A DNA stretch of 38,864 nt, taken from positions 1-38,864 of the forward strand of contig JAXGJB010000027.1 of the NCBI GenBank assembly GCA_040770465.1. The letters are read 5' to 3'. Of the stretch, positions 19,385 through 27,920 are shown piece by piece. Every line of letters starts with the position of its first letter. Position 1 is the first letter of the stretch. The notes beneath the pieces were generated by a model. That model was not told the origin of the DNA. It did no database searches and saw only the letters and a program-made list of their open reading frames with translations. The position numbers and the translations under genes were made by a program. The stretch is from Methanothrix sp. (lineage in GTDB: Archaea > Halobacteriota > Methanosarcinia > Methanotrichales > Methanotrichaceae).

Positions 19385-20266
19385 TCACGACAGCCTGATC
19401 TCCTTGATCTCCGAGAGGCTCCGGGGAAACCCGCTCCTCCTTTTACCGCTGGTGAAGAAACTGCCATTGTGGTTCGGACGACCGCCATTCATCTTGATCT
19501 GCTTCACCGGCACGATGAAAGGCTCCTCCGACTGGGACCTCACCGCCACCTCGACGTTGTAGATCGCCTCGATGTTCTCGGGGGTCAGAACCGATGCGGG
19601 GCTCCCGACGGCCATTATCCTTCCCTTCTTCATCATGATGATCCCGTCGGAGTACTTCGATGCGAGGTTGAGGTCGTGAAGGGCCAATAGAGCCGTCATC
19701 CTCCTCTTCTTCACAAGGTCGCTGACGATGTTCATCACGTCCAGCTGGTGCCAGATGTCGAGGTTACTCGTCGGCTCGTCGAGGAGCATCACCTTCGTCT
19801 CCTGGACGAGGGCTCTTGCGATCAGGACCTTCTGCTGCTGCCCCCCGCTCAATTCGCCGAAACCGCTCATGGCCAGCTCCTCGATCCCAAGAAGCCTCAA
19901 CACCTCCCAGACCTTCTCCTCGTCATCGGAGCTGGAGAGCCATCCGATGTGAGGCCTCCTCCCCATCAGGATGGTGTCAAAGACGTTCGACGAGAAGGTC
20001 CGGGCCGAGCTCTGGGGGACGTAAGAGAGGTTCTTTGCGATCTCCATCCGATCCATCTTCGTCACCTCCTTCCGATCGATCAGGATGTTCCCGCATGCCG
20101 GCGTGAGGATCCGGTCGATGCACTTGATCAATGTCGACTTCCCCGAGCCGTTCGGCCCAACTATCGAGACGAGCTTTGAGGGACCGATCTCAAAGCTGAC
20201 GTCCTTTAGTATAGGCGTGCTGCTGTAGCCAAATTCGATTCCCTTAGCCTGAAGCTGGATCATCAT
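19385..20266 (-). CDS. FecE/BtuD-type ABC ATPase
   Basis: GPNGSGKST, LSGGQQQKV, LLDEPTSNLD, LHDLNLA; start MMIQLQAK overlaps the permease stop (ATGA); the ORF-track extension to 20662 is spurious. Confidence 0.93.
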   Translation of the reverse strand: MMIQLQAKGIEFGYSSTPILKDVSFEIGPSKLVSIVGPNGSGKSTLIKCIDRILTPACGNILIDRKEVTKMDRMEIAKNLSYVPQSSARTFSSNVFDTILMGRRPHIGWLSSSDDEEKVWEVLRLLGIEELAMSGFGELSGGQQQKVLIARALVQETKVMLLDEPTSNLDIWHQLDVMNIVSDLVKKRRMTALLALHDLNLASKYSDGIIMMKKGRIMAVGSPASVLTPENIEAIYNVEVAVRSQSEEPFIVPVKQIKMNGGRPNHNGSFFTSGKRRSGFPRSLSEIKEIRLS

Positions 20267-21369
20267 GCCCAAAACTCCTTTCTTCTCCCTTTCAACATGA
20301 GATACATGAAGAACGGAACCCCGATCACACTGGTCATTATCCCCGTCGGTATCACCGTCGGAGCGATGATGTTCATCGCCGCCCCGTCGGCTGCCACCAG
20401 AATCACGGCCCCCAGGATCCCCGAAGCCGGGATCAAGAACCGATGATCTCCCCCGAGGATCATCCTCGCCATGTGGGGCGCCACAAGCCCTATGAAAGAT
20501 ATCGTCCCCGTGAAGCAGACGACCGTCGCCACCACCACGCTCGATATCAGCATTATGAAAATCCGCACGTGCTCGGCGTTGACACCGATGCTCTTCGCGG
20601 TCTCGTCGCCTGATGTCATTATGTTCAGATCCCAGGCCTTGAGCATCAGAAGAGGTATGCATACCGCGAAGACGCCGAGTATCAGGGGGATCTTCGTCCA
20701 GGAGAAGGAGGCCAGGTCCCCCATCCCCCAGGACGTCATGAGCCGGAGCTGTTCATCGTCGGCGAAGTACTTGAAGAGCTGGCTCATGGCGGAAAAGAAG
20801 TAGTTGACGGCTATCCCCGCCAGGATCAGCGTCTCCGACGTGGCCCCCTTGACGGCTGCAAGACCTATGATGAAGCAGGAGCATAGGAGGGCGAAGAAGA
20901 AGGCGTTGCCTATGAGAAGGTACGGACCGCCCAAGAGCGAGACGCCCAGGACCGCGGCGATCGATATGCCGAACTGGGCCCCGGCCGAGATCCCCAGGGT
21001 GAAGGGGCTGGCGAGGGGGTTCTTCAATACCGCCTGCATCACGCAGCCGCAGACCCCAAAGCCGACCCCGGCGAGGATCCCGCCTACGATCCTGGGAAAC
21101 CTTATGTTCCAGACGACACGCGAGGTGAGTGGTTCAACATTGAAGTAGCCCGGATAGAACCGGTCGATGAGGGCCTGGTACGCCTCGGCGACGGTGATGT
21201 CGAGAGGTCCAAGGGTTATGATCACCCCCGTCAGGATGATGATGGCGGCGACGATCAACATCATGAAGAGGTACCGTGCGAATACGAAGGAGTCGTGAGC
21301 CTCCTGCATCCTGCTCCTCTTTCCCGTCCGGGTCGAAACTCGTCTCACCGTCTTCGCCATATCCACCAC
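20263..21369 (-). CDS. FecCD/BtuC-type ABC permease
   Basis: WNIRFPR, NPLASPFTLGISAGA, GTISFIGLVAPH, IGVPFF. Confidence 0.95.
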   Translation of the reverse strand: MVDMAKTVRRVSTRTGKRSRMQEAHDSFVFARYLFMMLIVAAIIILTGVIITLGPLDITVAEAYQALIDRFYPGYFNVEPLTSRVVWNIRFPRIVGGILAGVGFGVCGCVMQAVLKNPLASPFTLGISAGAQFGISIAAVLGVSLLGGPYLLIGNAFFFALLCSCFIIGLAAVKGATSETLILAGIAVNYFFSAMSQLFKYFADDEQLRLMTSWGMGDLASFSWTKIPLILGVFAVCIPLLMLKAWDLNIMTSGDETAKSIGVNAEHVRIFIMLISSVVVATVVCFTGTISFIGLVAPHMARMILGGDHRFLIPASGILGAVILVAADGAAMNIIAPTVIPTGIMTSVIGVPFFMYLMLKGRRKEFWA

Positions 21370-21375
21370 CCGGTC

Positions 21376-22161
21376 TTACTTCCCGACCACGGCCTTCGCC
21401 AGCCCTGCGGTCGCACAGATATCCTCGACCGATCGCCGAGGGGCGTCAGAGCCTGCCGAGACTACGATGAGGTTCTTCTCTTTTGCAATCTCGGTGAGGG
21501 TCTGAAACTCCCTCAGCTTAAGGGCGCTTGGCTTCTCCTCGTAGAGGGTGGCAGCATCGCTCATCCTCTGGGACGCCTGGAACTCGCCTTCTGCGAGGAT
21601 TATCCTCGCCCTCTTCTCCCTCTCGGCCTCCGCCTGCCTTGCTATCGCCCGGAGCATGTTCTCCGGCAGGGCCACGTCTCTCATGGTGGCGGTGACCACC
21701 TTGATCCCCCAGGGGTCGGTCATCTGGTCCAGGATCGCCTGAATCTCCGTGTTCAGCTCGTCCCGGTTGGATAGGATGGTGTCCAGCTCGTTTTGGCCGA
21801 GGACGTCTCTCAAGGTCGTCTGGGCGAGGAGCGCCGTAGCAGCCTCGTAGTCTTCCACCTCGACGATCGCTTTAGTCGATTCCGTGACCTTGTAGTAGAT
21901 GACGGCGTCGACGTCAACGCTGACGTTGTCGCTGGAAATCACCGTCTGTCTCGGCACGTCCAGCTCTCGGACCCTCAGGTCCACCTTGACGATCCTGTCG
22001 ACGATCGGTATTATCAAAAACAGGCCCGGTCCCTTCTCGCCGAGGAGCTTTCCGAACCGAAATACGACTGCCCGTTCGTACTGCCTTGTGATCTTCAGAG
22101 ATGAAAATAAAATCAGGCCTATGACCAGCACGCCAGCCAAGAGCCGGATGTCAAATGCCAC
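21376..22161 (-). CDS. SPFH/band-7 stomatin-like protein
   Basis: QYERAVVFRFG, VDLR, AQTTLRDVLG, TDPWGIKV, QAEAEREKRA. Confidence 0.95.
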   Translation of the reverse strand: MAFDIRLLAGVLVIGLILFSSLKITRQYERAVVFRFGKLLGEKGPGLFLIIPIVDRIVKVDLRVRELDVPRQTVISSDNVSVDVDAVIYYKVTESTKAIVEVEDYEAATALLAQTTLRDVLGQNELDTILSNRDELNTEIQAILDQMTDPWGIKVVTATMRDVALPENMLRAIARQAEAEREKRARIILAEGEFQASQRMSDAATLYEEKPSALKLREFQTLTEIAKEKNLIVVSAGSDAPRRSVEDICATAGLAKAVVGK

Positions 22162-22204
22162 TTTTCTGTCCTCCTAGAAATCTAACGTCTAAAATTTCAT
22201 CAGG

Positions 22205-23050
22205 TTATGAGCTCTCCGACTTGTCCCACCATATCATGGCGCTCTTCGTCCGCCTCCTGAAGACGAGGCTGCCGCCGTTTTTATCTTCAAGATTTTTGGC
22301 GAGATACTCCCTCAGAATGGACTCGTTCTCTGCGGGGATCTCCCTTCTCGCCTTCCACCGTTCGACCGCCTCGTCGAGGCTCTCGTAGCGCTGAACGTGC
22401 TCTGCATCCCTGATCTCGACGTTGGCAAAGATCCCCATGTCGTGGAGGATGTTGTAGAGGAGCATGTAGTCGGACCGGAAGCCTCCATGCCGCCTCGGCG
22501 GCCTATCGTAGATCCTCTCCCAGAGCTCCTCCTCGAAGTCGTCGAAGAACCACTTGCCGGCGGCGGTGAAGATGTAGACTCGCTTCTTCGCCGCTGCATT
22601 CATCTTCGCCAGGGCCTCCTGGAGGTCGAACATCCCCAGGGAGTGGGATGCGACGACCACGTCGTGAGGCTCGATGTCGACCCCGATCTCCACGTCCTCC
22701 CACCTCTTCTGGATGGCCTTGTAGTTGGAGAGCCCCTCTTCGGCCATGTTATCCTGGAGATAGCTGAGCATCCCACTCGACTGATCGACCGCCGTCACCT
22801 GCTTTGCAATTTTCGCGATGGGGACCGAGAGGCGGCCAGTGCCTGCGCCGACGTCGAGAACGGTGTAATCCGGATCGAGGCCGAGGCTTGCCACCTGCCT
22901 CTCAGTCCGCTCGCTCCTCCCTCTCGTCGACCTGTTGAACTCCTCTGCCCTCTTATCCCACATCTCACCGGGGTTTTCGCGGCCTCGCCTCTTTCGCCCC
23001 TCAGAGATCATCGCCTTTCGAAGCTCGTTCCAGTTTATAAAGCCGGTCAA
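22205..23050 (-). CDS. Class I SAM-dependent methyltransferase, paralog of 12324-13196
   Basis: VLDVGAGTGRL, QKRWEDV, DVVVASHSLGM; TTG start at 23050 with GGAGGG upstream. Confidence 0.9.
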   Translation of the reverse strand: MTGFINWNELRKAMISEGRKRRGRENPGEMWDKRAEEFNRSTRGRSERTERQVASLGLDPDYTVLDVGAGTGRLSVPIAKIAKQVTAVDQSSGMLSYLQDNMAEEGLSNYKAIQKRWEDVEIGVDIEPHDVVVASHSLGMFDLQEALAKMNAAAKKRVYIFTAAGKWFFDDFEEELWERIYDRPPRRHGGFRSDYMLLYNILHDMGIFANVEIRDAEHVQRYESLDEAVERWKARREIPAENESILREYLAKNLEDKNGGSLVFRRRTKSAMIWWDKSESS

Positions 23051-23127
23051 TCTCTTCCCTCCGTTGTTTCCGTATAAATGGTGAAAGTGGGGTGGACCCA
23101 TCGCCAATCTCCCCAAATCCCCAAAAT

Positions 23128-24420
23128 TTACTGTGAATCCAGGTACTCCCTGGGCCATACCATGTAGTCAGCGTAATCCGAAAAGACGCCGCCAACCCCC
23201 AGGAACGCCTCGAAGATCTCGTTCCCCTCTTTCTCCAGATCCAGATCATTGAACTCCTCGGGGTGGAAGAGCTTCGCCATGTAGATCACGTTGAAGAGGC
23301 TTCTGTCAGGCGGGGTGCCTCTGCAGTGAGGAGAGAAGCAGTAGTAGACGTTGCCGTTCTGGATTGCAGATATCGATTGAAGTTCGGGTGAGTTCAGTAT
23401 GAACCCGAGGGAGTCGTTGTTCTGGGAGCTGCTGCTGGCGAGGAGGATGTAATCCGGGTCCCAGGCGATGATCTGTTCGATCCCGACGTTAATGGAGGTT
23501 CCCTCGCATTCCGCTGCTACATTGATCCCGCCGGCGATCTCTATCGGCTCATATTTGGGCTCGGTACGGGTGAAATCTCTCTGTTCTTTCGGATCGTAGA
23601 AGCCCTTGGTAGCTCCTCGTGAAGCGTAGTAGACCGTCGGCTTTTCGCTCTCGTCCAGGGCATCAGTGACAGATCTTATCATATCCAGTTTGGATTCGAT
23701 GAAGCCGACGAGCTCGTCTGCCTCATCATCCCTCTCCAGAAGGTTGCCTATAACCTCGATCTGGTTGTAGAGGCCGCCTTCATCGCGGCTGTACGTCCAG
23801 CCCCTGCCGCTGGCCACCACGCTGGGGCAGCCAACCTTATCTTCGAACTCCTCAGCATTGGTTTCGCTGGACGTGATGATCACGTCCGGAGTGAGGGCGG
23901 CCATCTGCTCGTAGTAGATATCATATCGGGTGCTCGTCTCTGGCAGATCTGCAAGATTTCCGCCGAGGATCGAGTTGTAGCAATCAAGACATCCCTCTTC
24001 GAAGGTCCCGAAGGTGGTTGGGCAGAGGCACGACTTGACCGCCTGCTCTGAGGAGACGATCTTATCGCCGTCCCCCAGAGCGATGACTATACGGCAGGTG
24101 TCCGGCTCTCGGGTGATTATCCGCTCGACGGGCTTGTAGAGAGTTACCTCACGGCCCGCGGAGTCTATGATCGTCCTTGGGTAATTTTCGTTTATGTTCT
24201 CGATCATCTCCAGCTCTTCCGCGGTTACGCTTCCATCGTCGTAGGAGCTTTGAGCAGCCTCCAGCTCCTCATCCGAGACGATCGAATCTCCGTTTAGGTC
24301 TCCGGGGACCACCACATCGAAGGCGACCGCCGGCAGGGCCGCAAGCGAGATCGAGATTGCCAGAAGCAGGAGAATGGGCAATCTTACGATTTCTCTAATC
24401 ATTTCTCTTATTTCTCCCAT
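23128..24420 (-). CDS. FecB/BtuF-type solute-binding protein with an N-terminal dockerin/EF-hand-like loop
   Basis: Signal peptide; GDLNGDSIVSDEEL; DSAGREVT, KPVERII, AGGINVA, EQIIAWDPDYI. Confidence 0.9.
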   Translation of the reverse strand: MGEIREMIREIVRLPILLLLAISISLAALPAVAFDVVVPGDLNGDSIVSDEELEAAQSSYDDGSVTAEELEMIENINENYPRTIIDSAGREVTLYKPVERIITREPDTCRIVIALGDGDKIVSSEQAVKSCLCPTTFGTFEEGCLDCYNSILGGNLADLPETSTRYDIYYEQMAALTPDVIITSSETNAEEFEDKVGCPSVVASGRGWTYSRDEGGLYNQIEVIGNLLERDDEADELVGFIESKLDMIRSVTDALDESEKPTVYYASRGATKGFYDPKEQRDFTRTEPKYEPIEIAGGINVAAECEGTSINVGIEQIIAWDPDYILLASSSSQNNDSLGFILNSPELQSISAIQNGNVYYCFSPHCRGTPPDRSLFNVIYMAKLFHPEEFNDLDLEKEGNEIFEAFLGVGGVFSDYADYMVWPREYLDSQ

Positions 24421-24706
24421 TTTTATACCCTCTAATTTGTAACTAAATCGTACGATGCTAAGAATAATAGGCCATATTTATCTGTATTGGTGATAATGAT
24501 ATGAATAAAAGGATTAGAAAATAGTCACCTATCAGCATCTTGCCGGGCCACTCTCCTCGTCGGCCGCCGAGCCTCAATAGATCGTCTTCTGGAGATGCAA
24601 TCCACAGTTCTGGCAGCCGGAACGGCTCACGAAATGCTCAGGAATCCCTCGATGTGAGGATGGAAGGGGATGGACCGCAGTCCTTCCCCTTCAAGCCTCT
24701 CGAAGT

Positions 24707-26002
24707 TCACTGCTCGTTCAACCAATCCCTCGGCCAGACCAGGTAGTCAGCGTACTCGGTGAATACGCCGTCGACTCCCAGGAACGCCTCGAAGATCTCG
24801 TTTCCCTCCGCCCCCATGTCCACGTCTCCGAACTCTTCAGGGTACAGAACCTTGGCCATGTAGACCATGTTTAGGAGGCTTCTGTCTGGAGGTCTCCCCC
24901 TGCAGTGGGGATAGAAGCAGTTGTAGACGTTCCCGTTCTGGACGGCGGCTATCGACTGGAGGTCGGGAGACTCCATGATCCAGTCGATGACCTCGGCATC
25001 CTCCGGAGTGCTGCATGCAACGAAGATGTAGTCGGGGTTCCAGGCGATGATCTGCTCGACGGCGACGTTGATCTCGTAGCCCTCAGCCCCCTCGGCGACG
25101 TTTCTCCCGCCAGCTATGTTCAGGGGATCGTATTCCGTAAACGTCCTGGTGAAGTCACGCCCCTCTTTCGGGTCGTAGAAGCCGAGCTTGGCGCCCCGGG
25201 GCGCAAAGTAGACCTTCGGCTTCTCCTCCTCGGCGATGCCGTCGGTGACCGATCTTACCATCTCGATCTCCGACTCGACGAAGCCGATCAGCTCTTCCGC
25301 CTCATCGTTTCTATCCAGAGTGTCGCCTATCACCTCGATCATGCCGTAGAGGCCGTCATCGCGGCTGTAGATCCAGCCGTCTCCATCGGCGACCACCACG
25401 GGGCAGCCGATCTTGCTCTCGAAGTCCTGGACGTTGGTGACGCTGGAGGTGATGATGACGTCCGGGTTGAGAGAGGCCATCTGCTCGTAGTAGATGTCGT
25501 ACCGCGTGCTCGTCTCAGGCAGGTCCGGCATGTTTCCGTCGAGGATCGAGTGATAGCATTCGAGGCATCCCTCTTCGAAGGTCTCGAAGGTGGTGGGGCA
25601 GAGGCAGGACTTGACCGCCTGCTCCGATGCCACAACCTTATCGCCGTCGCCGAGGGCGATGACGATCCGGCAGGTGTCGGGCTCTCGGGTGATGATCCGC
25701 TCGACGGGCTTGTAGAATACGACCTCCCGCCCCTCGGAGTCGACGACGGTCCGCGGGTAGTTGTCGTGGATATGCTCGATCTCTTCAAGCTCCTCTTCGG
25801 TGATCTCCTCGTCGTCGAAGGAGCTTTGAGCTTCCTCCAGCTCCTCGTCCGATACCACAAAGTCGCCGTCAGCGTCGCCAGGGACCACCAGCTCATAGCC
25901 GACGGCCGGGACGACAGCGAGGGAGACGGAGATCGAGATCGCCAGAAGCAGGAGAAAGGGCAATCGTCCGATTTCTCTCGTTATTTCGCCTATTTTTCCC
26001 AT
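24707..26002 (-). CDS. FecB/BtuF-type solute-binding protein, tandem paralog
   Basis: Highly similar to 23128-24420; ATG 26002 preceded by AGGAGGT. Confidence 0.9.
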   Translation of the reverse strand: MGKIGEITREIGRLPFLLLLAISISVSLAVVPAVGYELVVPGDADGDFVVSDEELEEAQSSFDDEEITEEELEEIEHIHDNYPRTVVDSEGREVVFYKPVERIITREPDTCRIVIALGDGDKVVASEQAVKSCLCPTTFETFEEGCLECYHSILDGNMPDLPETSTRYDIYYEQMASLNPDVIITSSVTNVQDFESKIGCPVVVADGDGWIYSRDDGLYGMIEVIGDTLDRNDEAEELIGFVESEIEMVRSVTDGIAEEEKPKVYFAPRGAKLGFYDPKEGRDFTRTFTEYDPLNIAGGRNVAEGAEGYEINVAVEQIIAWNPDYIFVACSTPEDAEVIDWIMESPDLQSIAAVQNGNVYNCFYPHCRGRPPDRSLLNMVYMAKVLYPEEFGDVDMGAEGNEIFEAFLGVDGVFTEYADYLVWPRDWLNEQ

Positions 26003-26466
26003 ATCTATACCTCCTATTTTGTGATTTAATCTCACGAAATTGAGATTTAATAGCCATTATTTGAGGGTTTCGAAGACCCCATGCAATAGCGGAATTGGGG
26101 CACTGGGGTTAATATTTTTAAATATTGACAGAGAACTGCGGCGTAAGTAATCGATTATCCTCTCAGATCATGGCTCTCGGCGTTCTGGCCCTCAATCTAA
26201 AGTCATTCTCCTGGTTTACCGTCGACGATGCGATGCAATAAAACAGGCTGAAAATGGGTGGCTTGCTTTCAGTCACCGGTGAGCTGTTCCATCTTTCTCT
26301 TGAGATTTAAAGTTATCTTCAGCCTAATTTTCTCCCTACATTTGCCGAATGAGACTTGATAGATTCGATATCATCAACCATTTCCAGTCAAAAAATGAGT
26401 ATATTTTAATAAGAGTAGGTTCAACACTATCCTTCAAAGTAGAAGAACTAAGCAGGAGATGATAAT

Positions 26467-26880
26467 ATGAAAAAAACAGGCAGAGACGTTCCGACTGGGG
26501 TGTTCATCCTTGCCGGATTGTTCTTCTTAAGCGGATTCCATGGCGTGATATTTGGCGTTCTCATCAGCATTATGAGTTTTATGATCTATCTCTTCAGAGG
26601 TGGATTCGAGGCAGATACAGCATACATCATAGCGCTTGTTTTGGACGTGTCTATTAATGCTGTTGTAGGGGGTCTCTACATCCTTTGTGGCTCGTGGCTG
26701 ATCTCGCTTCAGCCCCGAGGCTGGAAGCTGGCCGCGGCCGGCTCTGCAGTATATCTTCTGCTCGTCCTTGCAAGCATCTCCCTCGGCGGAACCTCTGCGG
26801 GATTGTAGCATGCTGTAATTGCCGGGATCATTTTAGCTTACTTGAATATGCCGGCCACTAAACGGGTCTTTGGACGCTGA
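26467..26880 (+). pseudogene. Small multi-pass membrane protein with an internal TAG at 26806-26808
   Basis: AGGAG upstream; three hydrophobic helices, then TAG, then in-frame HAVIAGIILAYLNMPATKRVFGR-TGA, which looks like a fourth helix and natural terminus. Confidence 0.6.
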
Positions 26881-26909
26881 AGGTCGTGCCTTAAGAGCCA
26901 ATTTTCCTC

Positions 26910-27220
26910 AATGGCGGCCACAGACGATCCCTCCCCTCGGAGTCGCGATGGCGGGACTTCGGCCTCCGACCAGCCGTCTGTGGCCGAGGTCGTCCGAGGA
27001 TCGATCGGCCGAGAGATCTGCAGCGGGTTTCGTGGCGGCGGAGATGATGCGCCGACCAGCGCTGCAGCGAGGATGGGCGGCGGTGACTTTGTGTAGCCTA
27101 TCCGTCATGCGGCCATAGCTAAATGCAACTACGGGTTATGCACTTCAGCCTCTCAACCACCTGGAGTCCAGAGGCATCGGCGAGCCCTCCCCACCCGGTT
27201 CCAGAGGTACACAGATTCCC
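26910..27220. ncRNA. Candidate structured RNA or repeat element A (strand undetermined)
   Basis: Perfect stems 26916-26926/26975-26985 (11 bp) and 27018-27025/27060-27067 (8 bp) with nested stems; no credible ORF. Confidence 0.35.
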
Positions 27221-27272
27221 GGTGTTATAAGTCAAATATCCAAATCGTCCTTCGTCTCGACCTCTGGTTACG

Positions 27273-27293
27273 GCCCGAAATCTATATATGATA
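27273..27293 (+). promoter_or_regulatory. Putative BRE/TATA promoter for the central structured RNA
   Basis: CCCGAAATCTATATATGATA about 20-30 bp upstream of the base-paired region. Confidence 0.5.
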
Positions 27294-27305
27294 ATGATGA
27301 CAAAA

Positions 27306-27577
27306 GAGATCGTTTGCCGCGTACTGTGCGGATGTGCTGTGGCGTGAGCACAGGCTCAGGCTCCTGGCAGAAGATGCCTGCCCCAACGGGCAAAGCATGC
27401 GGCCGCCTTTCGTGACGGGCCGGCGAAAGCCAGGAGGTGCCTTTGCGGAGCCGATGTGTGCAGCGCCTGAAGGGCCGAATCTGCAAAAGAGATGCACGCC
27501 GTAACGGGCGTAGTATGGGTCCGGTCCGCATGAACCTGGGGAAACCCCGGAAGGCGCAGGACGCGGCGCAAGATCTC
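27306..27577 (+). ncRNA. Candidate multibranched non-coding RNA of about 270 nt, family unknown
   Basis: 5'/3' closing helix, many internal stems, two GAAA tetraloops, TATA-like box upstream, T-run at 27586-27590, no plus-strand ORF. Confidence 0.65.
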
Positions 27578-27699
27578 ATAATATCTTTTTCTCAGCTCAA
27601 TTAAGTTGCTCCAGCCTTTTGCAGTTGAGAGGTCCCTTCGCGGTTCCACCCCCGCAGACCGACGCGCAGAGGTGGATTCGTCCACTCGAATATGTCAGT

Positions 27700-27920
27700 A
27701 AAAAATCCGGGCAGTTAGACGACGAACGAGGCGCTCAAATGCTCAGACGCCCGCCGTCTCGCCAGTCTGGTGCGCCTCATCTCCGCCGCCCCACCTCGCC
27801 GCCGCCCCGAATCCACACTGCGCGTCTCTTGTCGACCGATCCCAGGGCGCCCTCGACCGCGAGCGCGAGCGGCGGATGAGAGGCCGGAAGCCTGCAACAG
27901 CGTATCCGACGCCGAGAGTA
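27700..27920 (-). ncRNA. Candidate structured RNA B, convergent with the central RNA
   Basis: TATA-like CTATATGATATA (27945-27934), nested GC stems, T6 run at 27705-27700 on the minus strand. Confidence 0.4.

Noticed and set aside
26063-26080. GAGGGTTTCGA resembling the IS5 terminal repeat (10/11)
   Set aside because: No partner end, target duplication or transposase remnant was found nearby
27326-27560. Central RNA as a group II intron (GTGCG at 27326; GAACCTGGGGAAACCC resembles a domain I 3' end)
   Set aside because: I found no domain V/VI hairpin or RT ORF, and GTGCG is buried in the closing stems; a distant domain-I-derived origin cannot be excluded without Infernal
27306-27577. Central RNA as SRP RNA or RNase P RNA
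   Set aside because: It lacks the RNase P GAGGAAAGUCC-type P4 signature, and CCGGAAGGCGCAG only partly resembles SRP helix 8, without the CAGG strand or an Alu-like 5' domain
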